Below are positions 51,183 to 64,000 of a DNA stretch of 64,000 nt, one piece after another. Numbering within the stretch: position 1 is the first letter of the stretch; each line of letters begins with the position of its first letter. The stretch spans positions 258,540,001-258,604,000 of the forward strand of contig OZ024743.1 of assembly GCA_964016885.1 (NCBI GenBank), given 5' to 3'. Source of the stretch: Eledone cirrhosa (Eukaryota). The translations under genes were made by a program, and so were the position numbers. The notes below the pieces were generated by a model that searched no databases, had not been told where the DNA came from, and saw nothing but the letters and a program-made list of their open reading frames with translations.

Positions 51183-53027
51183 CTTTGATCTCTCAGTCAC
51201 AGGTATTGTGTCATCAAAGACACTTTAACCCTTTTGATACCTAACTACTTGAAACATCCCTGTTTCTATCAAACAAACCTATCTATTTTGAAGTGTCTAT
51301 ATTTATCTAAAAGCCATCCATCTTAATTTTATATAAGAAACTTATATTACAAACACCAGCTTAATAATGAAAAAAACAGTTACCTAACTAAATCCCTTCA
51401 ACTTTTTGTTTATTTTCAAAATGACTTGAAAATGAAAGGCTGTATCTTTCCTTTAACATATAGATTTGTTCTCTTTCTCCATCAAATAATTTGTAAAACA
51501 CAAACATAAAAAAAATGAAATTCTGCTCCTAAAAAAATAGTTGTGAGGGAATTTTTCTAGAAAATTAATACCAGTGTGGGTACACATTTTGAAAAAGGTG
51601 TGTCACCTTAGATATATAGGCTTAAATATAAGAAATCATTTTAGTGGAAATGAAAGAGAATTGGCCAAAATTTGATGTTTATTTTCTTACTACTTTCATT
51701 TGTTTTAATATTTTCTTTTATTTTATACTCCAATACAACCTTGCTAAAGTACTTTAAAATAGTAGCACATCTTAAAAGGCATTTAAAGCTATATAGCAAA
51801 GATAAAATTACCTATTCATGAAATATTACAGTATATAGAATATATAATATACATAATATTCTATTATTTTTGTACATCTGTATGAAGAGTTCAATAAAAT
51901 ACTCCTATAAAATTGATTGCAAGAAGTGGCATTAGGTTTTTAAATGATCTATTAAATTGTGTAATATAGATAAGTCGTCTCTGAAAGTCATTTCTTTTTT
52001 TGGTAATGTGTGGGTAATGTGCTTTTAAAGAGATCAGGACAAAGTGAAACATCTGATCTTGTCAAAAAAACCTAGAAATATTATAATAACCACGATTGCT
52101 GAACTGTCAGCCATCAAAGTAGAACTCAAATTCTCTCTTTACTATTTATCATCATCATAACTATAACTACTATTACTATTATTATTACATTAATCACTTA
52201 GTATGAATGTGTATGGGAAAAAGACATCGAAAAGGGCAGAAATATAGTTTTATTAAAAAATTTATCTCATCACTACTGAAATGGCTATAGATTATCATTC
52301 ATGTTTTTTTTATGCTGAAGATTTGGTGATGGATATAGAGGCCTGGTCTGCAACATCAGAGGACTACCAGTTGGCTGAGCCAATAAAATGCTTTCCTTCC
52401 TAGGATAAAATGTTTCTGGTTCATATTCTATCACTAATACTACATAAGCAAATATATCAGCAGTCATGCAGGCACTTGACTTGCTAAAAATAACAGCCAA
52501 ATTATCTCATATTGATTTCCAATTTAAATGCAATGTTGTCATATTGGTAGAGTTGTTAGAACATTGGATAGGATTCCTTGCAGTATTTGTTCCAGCTCTC
52601 TACTCTCTGAGTTCTAATCCTGCCAAGGTTAACTTTGCCTTTCATCTTTTCGAGGTCGATAAAAAATCTACTACTGGGGTCAACTCTTCCTCTATATCTC
52701 TTTTTCACCTTTGCTCTATCACTCTCTCTTTCGCTGGAAGAAACCTGCTGTGTTTAGACCTAGAGAGGAGATGGGCTCCACCAGGTTGAAAAATGCCCAA
52801 GGAACACCATGTCATTATGGAGCTCCTATGACTCTACCAGGATTTATGGGTCAAGAAAAGAAGAGAGATAATTTAGACCCAAAGGTAGCAAATTTGAGGT
52901 AAGCACAGAACTGATTAAATTAACCCCAGTATTTGACAGATACCAAGATATGAAGGACAATAAAGTTTTATAGATTTTGTAAGAAAAACTGTCTGGTTGA
53001 AAGCTTATGTACAATATATTTCAAGCT

Positions 53028-53370
53028 TGAGAGGTTAACTTTGCCTTTCATCCTTACGGGGTCGATAAAATAAAGCACCAGTAATGTACTGGAATAATTG
53101 CTGGCCTTGTGCCAAAAAGTAGAAACAATTATTTAGTGGTAACAGGGCAGCAATTTAGCAGTATTGTTAGAGCATCAGTTAACAAGCTTTGCTGCATGTT
53201 ATTATGGCCCTCTACATTCTGAGTTCAACTTTTACCGAGATTAGCTTTGCCTTTCATCTTTATGGAGTTGATAAAATAAAGTATCTATAACATACTGGAG
53301 TTGTTTTAATCAAAGTTCCATTTCCGCTGAAAGTGCTGGCCATATGTCAAATGTAGAAACAATTATCTAG
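53028..53370 (+). mobile_element. Two tandem tRNA-derived SINEs (5'-truncated plus full)
   Basis: same central domain and tail as 60511-60700. Confidence 0.8.
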
Positions 53371-53599
53371 TGGTAGCATTAACACAACATGATTTACAAT
53401 ATAGGTATAATTAAGTGACTGCTGCTGATGTGTAATTAATCTGAAATATATGTATACACAGCTCTTACACTAATAGTATTTTAAGCTTAAAATACTCACA
53501 GTGAGACTAAATGTATGTTTACATTATACATGAACAAATTGTAGATAAATCTATATATGTCTCTATTGTGAATCACATTGTGTTAGCGCTATCACTAAT

Positions 53600-53840
53600 C
53601 AACCCTTTTCATACCAACCCACCCAAAACCACCTCGGGTTCTATGTAGTAAAAGTATCCATTGTAAAGGGTTCCTATTTAAAAAAATAAAACCTTCCAAC
53701 ATAATTTTATATAAGAACCTTTTGTTATGTTAATGATATCATCTTAATGAAATGACAATTTGGATAAATCTTTCGAAATTCTTCATTAAGTAATTAAAAT
53801 ACAAAGTATTTAATAAGAAATGTGGTCCTAAGATGGTTAA
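53600..53840. mobile_element. Decayed piggyBac-like MITE; related ends near 34043, 51225, 57343 and 57720
   Basis: (t)aacccttttcatacc ... gatggttaa. Confidence 0.5.
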
Positions 53841-56800
53841 ATCAGAAACTGAATGTATGTTTCTACTTAAACATACAATACATAGGGCGAAGTGTGTCTT
53901 TATTTTATTTACACTGTGTTAATATTATTGCGAAGTAAACCCTAGACTAAATATATGTTTAGTATACATAAACCTATTGTATATGGCTCCATATATACCC
54001 TTCACTCTATGATTAAAATAATTCTTTCAATCATCAATGTTTCTCGTTTTATTATAAAATCATCTCATCATCAATTAATAATTACATAATTTCACAAAAA
54101 TTCTAAGTTCTCTTCTAGAATGTTCTTTTGAAACAAGGACATTTTAAAATCTTATGGAAGATTATAAAAGTCTTAAAATGTTCGAAACCAATTTTGGTAA
54201 AGGTTTTCAGAATATTAATCATGAATGTTCTGTCAGATAGTTGTTGTTGCTGTACTTACTTTGGTAGCTGCTATTTTTGTCATTGTTATTGTTGCTTTAC
54301 CATCATTAACCATTCATGATACTTTCACCACCATCACCATTCTCTGCCACCACCACAACCATATATTCCATTTTAACCAGTTCATTTTCCTTTATCACTG
54401 CACTTAAATATATATCTCTTGTGCTTCCAATCTGTCATGCTTAGATATGTATGAATGCACATGCATATACATGTATGTGTATGTATACACATGTGCACTT
54501 GTATGTGTACATTCCACAAATGCATAATTACATGTGTTTGCCTATACAGCTGTAAGTATGTGTATGAGTATGATAGTTTGATGTGAAGAAAGTATACATG
54601 TACGTGTTCATGTGACTGTGCATATACATATATACAAACATATAACTATTTATAATTATATATACATACATGCAATTATGTATAATTATATATATATATA
54701 TATGTTTGTGTATGTGCATGGTGTATATATATAGAAAGAGAGAGAGAGATGTATATTCACCTGTGTATGAAAATGCATCTGGTAATTTATTAAGTAACTG
54801 TGTATTAATGTGAACATTTGTATATATGCATATTACTCTGTGTGCATTTGAGTGCATGTATGCTTTTGAGTGTATGTGTGCATGCTTATAAAGTAATGAT
54901 ACCATAAATATTAACCAGAAGCCACTCTTTTCAGCAGTAATATAATCAATGTGATTCTATATAAAATACATCTAAAATACATATATTGAAAAATAAATAT
55001 AAAACTTAAGTTATTACAGGAAGATTATGATGACAATAACAACGAAAGCAAACATATAAATGTATATGAAATGACGATGATGAACGATTTTCAGGAGGAA
55101 ATGAGAATTGTACATTCTTCTCTCTGAGAGACGTTCAGATTAGTGCTGAGGGGGGGATTCTTTGCTAGGTAGAAGAGATGAATAGAACTGGAATTGAATA
55201 AAAGAGAGAAATACCATTATATGGAGTTGTTTCGAATGCCATGCTCAGTTTTGAGGAGATTAAAATACAACATGGAGTGGTCAAGCCCGAAGGGAACATA
55301 AAGATGCAACATTACACTTACATATCTTCACTTCAACATGGAATGGTGAAAAAATATATAAAATTGGCCATAAGTTTTGAATGAATTTTCGATATGCCAT
55401 CTTGAGAATTTTCCAAGAAGATAAAGAATGGTGAATTGAGGAGAGGAGAGAAGAGAATTTTACAGAGCAGCAAGAAATTATTAGTATGTAAGGGAAACCA
55501 TGCTGTGGACATAACATAATAACATAAGAATAACAGCTGACAAATATAATTAATTACTGCAGGCTTTAATGAGAAATTTGATGGTGATGAGCAGAGATGT
55601 TAATAAGATAGTATTGTTAAGTGATATTGAAGTGTAGATTGCTTTTATATCCAGGAATATAGGAACCAAGATTTAGATATAAGAAGATATATCTAGATAG
55701 TAGTATATGAGGAGTGATGAAAATGAATGTGGAAGAAGACCAATAAAAACCTGGCTAAAGATGATGAAGGAGAAAATAAATACCTTGTGCTTCGTGAGGG
55801 TACAAAGGATGCAGGTAATAGGGCAAAATGGAGAAGCTTCACAGGTCTCCCAACCACCACCATCATAAGGCTAGCCCCTACTTTAGCAGGGAAACCCCCT
55901 TAAATCAATGTTTGTTATTGTAGTTGTTATGGGTTTACATTCTATGTGGTTCTTCAAAAATGTCTTCAAGTGATTAAGAAGTAGAGCAAAACAGACAGAA
56001 TGCCTAAGCAGTGCCATTTTAATAATCACATGACAACCACTTTGTGCTAGATTTGTTTGGGAAGTGATAATTTGAGCATGTATGTTCTTTGATATATTTC
56101 TCCCTACCTTTCTCTCTCTTGCTGACATACAGCATTGACAAGACATATCTACCTCCTAGATGATAAGTATGTTAACTATCTAAAACTATCTACATATGTA
56201 ACTATCCATCTTCAGACAATACAAACATCTCGCCAGCTATCTTTCTACCTACATATCTATTTGTCTTTCTATCTATCCATCTGTTTTCTAGCTCTCTGAT
56301 TGTCTGTCTATCTATCACTCAATCTATCTATTTTCTACCTGCCTACATTGAGATTGAACTCTGGACCACATGATTGAACACATACATGAGTGCATTGGAT
56401 AATTTGAAGCATTTTCTATAAAATGGCCCTAAGTTGTGCATCTCAGATAGACTCTGATAGCTAAGTTCATTTCTGGCCATCACATGTCGCTAAGCCTCTA
56501 AACCTGGAGGAACTGTTTCTGTTAGTAAGAGAAAAGGTAAAAAGTGGGTCACTGGTGTCTTACAACCAGTTACTCCAGAAATATGGGGCTCATCAACCTA
56601 GGCCTGTAGCCCATCTATGTGAAGGAAAACCTCCACTGCCTTGCAGCTACACCCACACATAGGAAAAGCTTCAGAGGGTTAACCTGAGGAAACATCTGGT
56701 CAGAGTCCCATAGGCAGTTAGAGGCTGTAATCAGCAACATCCTGGCAACTCCTGCAAAGGTGCTGGTACCATGCCTGTCAGCACTTGCCTTTTCATTGGA

Positions 56801-58464
56801 CTATTACAGTGATGCGGGGATGGGAACCTACTTCATGGGTGAAAATCTTCCCCATATAATCTTCCCCATAAAACCTGCGTAGGTAGAAACCTACCCAGGT
56901 TTTGATCACTGGGTGAAATTGCAAAGAAAGAAGGCCCAAAGTTTGACAGATGGACTAGCATTGGAATTCATCTGTGTAGGGTATGGGTAAGAATGACATT
57001 TTCAAATATGTCTGTCAAGCTACAACCAGTGCTGTGCCATAAACAGCATCCTGTTTACAACTGTATTGTCTCCTGAGACTGATGGATGCTTAAGAAGAAA
57101 GATGTATGATAATATAAATAAATGTAAATTTGAAAATGCTATTATCTAGGTCATTAATTATAGTATTGGGGAGAAAGTAATTGGGGGGATGAGGAGCATT
57201 CTATTTAAGTTGATAATTAAGGATAGAGAAACTTAATGGACTTTGTGTAATTAATGGAATGACTAGGTGTATTTCTAATACATACTAATTTGTTCTTGTA
57301 CTAGTTTAAATCTTTTGACAGTAGAAATGTTCTGACAACGTTTTAACCCTTTTCTTACCATTTTCTAAAGAAAAACACTGCCTAAGACTTTCAAATCATT
57401 TTCAAAAATGATGTAGAATTTGGAGCAATTTAGTAACTATTTCATTATTAAGCCGGTGTTTGGAGTACAACATAACAAATATTTTTAATGTGGAAAGAGA
57501 TACAAGGCTAAACAATGTAAAATGGACTGTAGAATGAAGGTAACGAAAAAGTAAGTTACCTGGTAATCTTTGTTTTGTTTTGTTTTGTTGTTGTTGTTGT
57601 TGTTGTTGTTGTTTCTTTCGTCCTAATATTTCTGGACTTAAAATTCCTTTTTTCAGAGTATAAGGAACTTTTTATATAAAATTATGATGGCAACTTCTAA
57701 AATAAATATAAGCATGGTAACACCTTCCATTACCATATTTCTAATGAAAAATATTGCATAAAATTTTCAAATCATTTTGAAAATAATAAAGAATTTGGAG
57801 AGACTTAGTAATATAACATTCTCGTTATTAAACTGTGCTTGGAACATAACTTAACAAACGTTTTTACATAGAATTATGATGGAAGGTTTTGAAAGTAATG
57901 AAAAATTTAGAAAGATTTAGTAATATAACGAACTTTCTCAATATCAAGCTGGGGTTTGAAACATAATTTTACGAAGGTTTATGGTGGATGGTTTTAGATA
58001 AATATAGATATTATAAGATAAAGAGTTTTATATCATGACCATAGTAACAGAGTAGAATATATGTCATAGCCCTGTGAAAGAATGTTTTTCTTTAGAAATA
58101 TGGTAACTTAAGTGTTGAAAATTGTTGTTGCTGTTGTATGAGATGATGATGTAAATGAATGGAGAAGTGAGATTGTTATATTTCCAATGAATCGAGACAT
58201 TTTGTTTTACTGAGTTCCTTACAAATGGGTTTACTATATTTATTTTCCATCAATAGATTTATTTGTATACACTACCTTCCAGCATTGAAGTGACACAAAC
58301 ACACACACACACTCACACATCCACAAACACACACACATACCCACAGATATACACACAGAAATGAACACAGATGCAAGCATACACAAACACACCAACACAC
58401 ATACACATAAAAATATGTCTCTAATCTTTCTCCCTCTCTCTCTCACTCTATATATATATATATA

Positions 58465-59139
58465 TATATATGAAAAACAAGGGGAAGAAGAATACTGCAT
58501 GGTTGCACATGGATTACATATTATAAAATTAGTCCCTCATCAGTGATTTTGCCAACCATCATTGGTATTTCATCGCATTAAAAATCAGATACCTCAGGTT
58601 GGTGCGAGTAATAACTAAAATAAGCTATTGGGACAAGTGAAACGCGTAAAGCGAGTGAGACAAGTAAACAACAGAAGGAAAAGCAAACCAAAGGTTGGAA
58701 AACAGCAAGCCACATGGTAGTTATCCGATCAGCATAAGCTGGGTGAATTTCATGAGCGGTCAGAGAAGCAGACCGTATGCCGTGAGTGCGGTGTGAGAAA
58801 GAAGGAACCCCACTAGTAGCGAACGGGAGGAAGTGAGAAGGGGAGAAACAGAGAGTGAGTGAGTGGAAGTGCGAGGAAGAGGTCAGTCGAGAGAAAAAGT
58901 GTAACTGACAGAGAGGGTGAAAGAAGGTAAGAGAAACAGAGAGAACGGGGGAGCAGTAAGAGAGAAAGAGAGAAACAGATAATCGCAGTTTAGGTAAATA
59001 TATATGAAAAACAAGGGGAAGAAGAATACTGCATGGTTGCACATGGATTACATATTATAAAATTAGTCCCTCATCAGTGATTTTGCCAACCATCATTGGT
59101 ATTTCATCGCATTAAAAATCAGATACCTCAGGTTGGTGC
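58465..59139. mobile_element. 534-bp unit with identical ~140-bp direct terminal repeat (pLTR/retrozyme-like)
   Basis: 58471-58605 is identical to 59005-59139; starts at a TA tract. Confidence 0.75.
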
Positions 59140-59299
59140 AAGCAATAGTGAAAAGTTAATGCCCGATGGTTGAGTTCACACCTTTCAACAGTGTGTGGAG
59201 GATAATTGAATTAATTTTTAATTTTCAGCATTGTCCATACACTGTTTCATTAGGGACGGGGATGTGTGTGTGGGGGGGGTAGAAATGGGTGTAGTTTGG

Positions 59300-60250
59300 A
59301 GAAGAGGGGGAAGATTACAGAGTGAACTGCACCACAAGATAAGGAGTACCAAAACACCAACAACGTCGTTGTGCATGCCAACAAAACTGGCAACCTATAC
59401 TTTATCAAACAGGATAGGTACTACACACTAATTAAACACAACCTGACATCCACTTATAGAAAATCCAATCCACATATGATCCACGAAATTACTGACGAAA
59501 GATGCACCTTCACTTCAAACATCAACATCCTAAACTAAACTGAACCTCTAAACCCATGGGAATGGTACTTTAAACTTAAGGACCATAAATCAGACTTCAA
59601 TACCCACCATTCAGCTCATTAACCTGATGAAGTTTGACATTGGGAGGACCAGTAAAAGCATCTTGGATAGGATCATACTAAACAAAAAGCAACAAGCAAG
59701 TCTCAGCCTCTGGACCAACGCACAACGACAAACCCAACACTAAATTCATACATTTTGACATCATAAACTATTATGTCTCCATAATACAACCTCTCCTGAG
59801 AATTTGCCCAGACCATTACACCAATCAGTAACCAAGACATCAACATCATCATACACGCCAGCTGAAGAAATGGTTCCCCCACACCACCATTACAACAAAA
59901 GTTTACACAAAAACAATCAAACTCTCATTCAGCACAAAACATCTCCTACTCAGACATAACTAAAATCAATTTCAGCAGAACACGCACAGACCAAGACGTT
60001 AACCCAACCAGACAATGCAGCTGCATCCATCCAAATAAACACTCACTCAACACCAAATGCTGAGAAAGGAATTTAAAACAAGATTCTACCAACACCAACA
60101 CAGCTTTAGAAACCCAGCCTGTAGAAATGCTACCACACTATCCAGACAATAAAACCTTCAAACTGCAATGAAGTCTCTTAACAAACACTAAACCATATGC
60201 CAGGAGCCACCTCCTGTGTAACTTCTGCTCTGAGGAAACCCTATACATTT
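59300..60250 (+). mobile_element. Highly decayed Penelope-like element (RT and GIY-YIG remnants)
   Basis: KFIHFDIINYYVSI (RT motif A-like) and RQCSCIHPNKHSLNTKC. Confidence 0.6.
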
Positions 60251-60369
60251 TGTTCACCTAGGAGTCACTGCTCAACAGAAAGAGTGAACTCTCACATCAC
60301 AGGGTTTACAATATCTACCTCAGACCTCTATCTGAACCTGGGTTAAATCATCTACATACAAAAGTTCCC

Positions 60370-60865
60370 TTGGATAGCCAATCTTAAACTCTTCTATTAT
60401 AGCTTGCAGAGTGATAAGAAACAGTAGAGGTTAAGAAAGGAGATCTGATGGACTCCAGCCTGCATGCTAAACTCCTCACCATAATCATTATTAATTCTAA
60501 CATTCTAACAGGGTGGTGAATTGGCAGTATCGGTAGAGGGTTGGACACCATGCTTTCTAGCATAGTTACGTCCCTTTACAGTCTGAGTTCAAATCCCACC
60601 GAGGTTAACTTTGCCTTTCATCCTTACGGGGTCGATAAAATAAAGTACCAGTAATGTACTGAGTAATTGCTGGCCTTGTGCCTAAAGTAAAAACAATTAT
60701 TAATTCTAACATTGCTGACAGCTCCTCTATACATGGCTTGTACAGCCTTCTTAAACCACTTACCTACTCCTGCTTTTCTATGGAACAGGAGACTCTCTTA
60801 AAAGCTTTCTCCAGGTCAACGAATACCAAATGGAGGCGCTTACTTTTAGCTAGGAACTTCTTTGG
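60370..60865 (-). mobile_element. RTE RT fragment interrupted by a SINE
   Basis: rc encodes FVDLEKAF...EEFSMQAGVHQIS...LLFLITLQAI. Confidence 0.75.
60511..60700 (+). mobile_element. tRNA-derived SINE with target-site duplication
   Basis: A-box TGGCAGTATCGGTAG, B-box GAGTTCAAATCC; attattaattctaacatt lies on both sides. Confidence 0.9.
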
Positions 60866-62339
60866 ATGTTAAACGAAGATGATGATGATTGTATATATAT
60901 ATATATTTATATATATTCACATTTACATTTATATGTTTGTAGAAACTTTTTCATTTCTACAGTTCCTTAATTTCTTGATGTATTTAGATGGAGAGATGGA
61001 AGTAATTATATATTTATCTCTGAATGAATTCATGTGCTGATTGTATCTGATTCTAAACTCCACCGTAATTCATGTCAATACAATTGGTAGATATTATACT
61101 TGCCTTTTACACCACCATCTTGGGGAATGTTAGGAATCTTTAAGAGGGCAATTTTATATAGTTCTGCGACTGTTGTTACCATGGTTGAATCTGTGTGAGA
61201 CATTTTCTACTTGGTTAGCTTGACTACAGAATGCTAGAAATAGCAGCTAGTTCCTCCACAAATCACATGCTGCTGCCTTTAAAATGGAACAGCACACAAG
61301 TTAAAGTAGTCCTGATTTTAGACTACTTAGATACATTGTTAGATAAAAAGATAAGATGGACATAACACCTTTAATCATAAGTTAGCTTATACTTCAGTAG
61401 AGTTGACCAGGGGCTAAACAGCAACAACAATAACAATAGTTATCATGAAATATGTTTACCTTAGAGGGGAAATATAGATTTATTTAAGAATATTTTAATA
61501 TTAGATTTGTAAATTATACATATTTTATTTTCCTTCTCTGCAAAATAAACACCTTTTTTTACAGCCATGAATTTAGCCAACACACCATTAACACAAGCAA
61601 GCAGTAATGGTGAAAATCTTTCTATAAAAATGACCTATACACTTTGGTTCCTGGTTTCTTGATTTGCCAATATCAGTTTTGAATTAACTCATCATCAAAT
61701 CTTTTCGCCACTTTTATATTCCATAAGTGCTCATAATAGCTTTTTCCCTCTATTTCCCCTTGTATTATTATATTCAATGTCATTGTCGGTTTTTACTAGA
61801 ATATTCAATAGGCTTTGCTCCACACATCCTCCATTTTCAGACCTTCAGGCTATAAGGTTCATGCCAAGTAAAGGCCATTGTTAAAATATCACTAAAATTG
61901 ATTCTGTATCTCATATTGCTTAAGCAACATCTCACGTTGGCTGTGTTTTCAAAAGCAGCTTGTTTTATACCTTATAATGATCATAAAGAAAATTTAAATT
62001 GGTGGTCGATTGGTGAAATCTTTACAGTGTCTGACAATTGCTTGGAAGTAATTGTTCTGTATCTCTGTTTTCTGAGTTCAAATCTTGCTACGGTCAATTT
62101 CTATCTGGAGTTGATAAAGTACCAGCTCAATCCATACCAATGCAGTCCCCTCGCCTACACATGCATCTGATCCTTCTTATGACCAGTTTTTCTCTCAGCT
62201 CATATATAGACTATTACAGATCCATATATATATGTATATATATGTGTGTGTGTGTAAAAAGTAAATGGAAACAAAGCAAACAACACAGTACAATGAAGAA
62301 ATATATATTAGCTTAACACCTAATATAGTAAGTAAAGAG

Positions 62340-62375
62340 TCTTAACATTTCAGACACTAGTCCCTCATTAGAAGA
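62340..62375 (-). ncRNA. Minimal hammerhead motif, mutated core
   Basis: rc: tctt-CTAATGA-gggac tagt gtct-GAAA-tg-TT-aaga. Confidence 0.5.
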
Positions 62376-62489
62376 TAGAATGAGAAATAAAAGATGAAAT
62401 AAAAAGATAGAGGGTGAGAAGAAGAATGAACAAAAAAGTTTTCTTTGAGAAAAGACAGTGTGCATTCAGTCAACCATTTTAGAGACTAC

Positions 62490-62850
62490 ATGAGGTTTAT
62501 CAACAGGTGACCATTGTTGCCATGGGCACAAGAATGGGCCCCATCAACGCCAACTTATTTGTCAGCTTTGTTGAGGCTCAAATCTTTGCCTAATACACGG
62601 ATCCTACCCTGTGATGATACAGTCATTACATGGATGACAGTATTAGTGCCACCTCACTCCCCAAGAGCTCAACTGCTTCCTCTCCTTCTTCTGCTCTTTT
62701 CACCCTACTCTTGACTTCATCACTTCAGTCCACTTCCTCTACATCTCTATTTCTATCAATCACTTGCATTGTTCCATCATCAACTGCACCTTTTTCAAAC
62801 TCACTGACTCCCACTTCTACCTTGATTTCCCATCCGCATACACCACCCAC
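62490..62850 (+). mobile_element. Decayed Penelope-like RT fragment
   Basis: YQQVTIVAMGTRMGPINANLFVSFVE ... HYMDDSISATS. Confidence 0.8.
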
Positions 62851-63019
62851 ACTAAATATATATATATTGATTGTGTTACACAACAAAGAAAGCTCAATGA
62901 ACATTAAACTCAAAGCATGAATTATACAAATTTAAACGACATATAAAAAAATCTTTTTCATATAAACTTCTAGAATTATGTACATATCTAGTGTGGGTGA
63001 AATTCCTTAAGATCCATGG

Positions 63020-64000
63020 ACGAGTTCTCTCCAGTGGTCTCTGTCCTTCATCATTGCTGCTGTGTCCTGCACAGCCTAGAGACCAGAGTCTGTCCTTAGG
63101 GCATCAATATATGTCATCTTCGGTCTCCCTCTTCTAGTATATACAAATTTAATATGTCCGTTTAGGAGCTCCCACAGAACCACTGAGTACAGTGTCAACT
63201 CTGAATGTCGGTGAGCATGTCCAGCTAACCTCAGTCTCCTGTGTGTTTCTTTCGAGCTGACTTTTGGGGAGCTCCCAATACAGCTCTGTGTTCTTCATCC
63301 TCAGTGTATACTGATTAATGTTCAGTGCCATCCTCAGCATTTTCATGTAGCACCCATCCACCCTCTGAGTGAGTCTTTTGGTCAGTGTCCAAGTCTCAGA
63401 CCTGTACAGCAGCACAGATTCCACTGTAGTGACGAAGAAACAGATCTTTAGGTCTTTACGAAGGTCTGATTTCTACACCAACTTCAAACTGTGACATGCT
63501 GCTCAGGCTTTGCTCTTCCTCTCCTCCACATCATCCTCTATGTTCCCAATCTTTGCTTCCAGATATAGGAAGCGGCTTCCCACCTACTTCCATAATCTTC
63601 TCTGGCTTCTTAATGTTCTCTACCAGATACTCCATCTTACTCTCATTCATTCTCAGCCCCACACTCATTGACACTGTCTTCACCTCCTGCATCAAATCCT
63701 CTACCTTCTTCACTGTGTTTGTCACCAGAACTATGTCGTCAGCAAATTCAGCATCTGATTTCTTTTTAGCCTTAACTCTCCTGCTCTGAGCCAGTGCTAC
63801 AGTAAAGCCCGAGTCCTGGTGTTTCTCCAGTGCAAGGTGCATACAATAGTCGACTGTGATGATAAAAAAATAGGTAGCCAGTGTATCTCCCTGGAGCACT
63901 CCAGCAAATATCTCAAAGGACTCCATCATCCCGTCAGGAGTAATGACTTGGGCTCTGGTGTGGTGTAGAGCGGTGTTATCAGGTCCACTATGTTCTTGGG
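63020..64000 (-). mobile_element. RTE-clade LINE RT/3' end (different family), continues beyond window
   Basis: GVLQGDTLATYFFII, EFADDIVL, ESVLLYRSETWTLTK. Confidence 0.9.

Noticed and set aside
56480-57090. GC-richer block resembling a LINE 5' UTR; also faint LINE relics at 47800-48200, 55150-55890 and 61690-62000
   Set aside because: Too decayed to classify by eye.
57620-57665. rc CTGAAAA-aggaa..tcca-GAAA-ta-TT
   Set aside because: Core and stem I are too degenerate to support.
60225-60300. CTGAGGA...GAAA-gagtgaactc-TC at the end of a decayed Penelope
   Set aside because: Position is suggestive, but stems I and II do not pair, so it is not counted.

Overview
Very AT-rich, repeat-saturated animal DNA with many (TA)n/(CA)n tracts. 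The repeat content (RTE LINEs, tRNA-derived SINEs, Penelope-like elements) resembles a mollusc such as an octopod; that assignment is an inference. No host protein-coding exon can be supported, so the window looks intronic or intergenic. It is built of decayed RTE, CR1, R4/Dong-like and CRE-like non-LTR retrotransposons, Penelope-like elements (PLEs), two near-complete DD37D (maT) transposons in opposite orientation, mariner relics, a non-autonomous Helitron, TTAA-flanked MITEs and SINEs. The main signal is about 17 minimal type I hammerhead ribozyme (HHR) motifs, some degenerate, from about 11 sequence-unrelated short families. Their cores are CTGAnGA, CCGAnGA or the co-varied TTGAnAA; stem III is usually palindromic and AATAAA often follows. 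Many lie in fold-back (inverted-repeat) cassettes beside (TA)n tracts, with the inversion junction in or next to the ribozyme. Four different families are packed into 40.7-41.9 kb, and a ~435-bp retrozyme-like unit carries octamer motifs. All motifs were parsed by eye and none has been tested.
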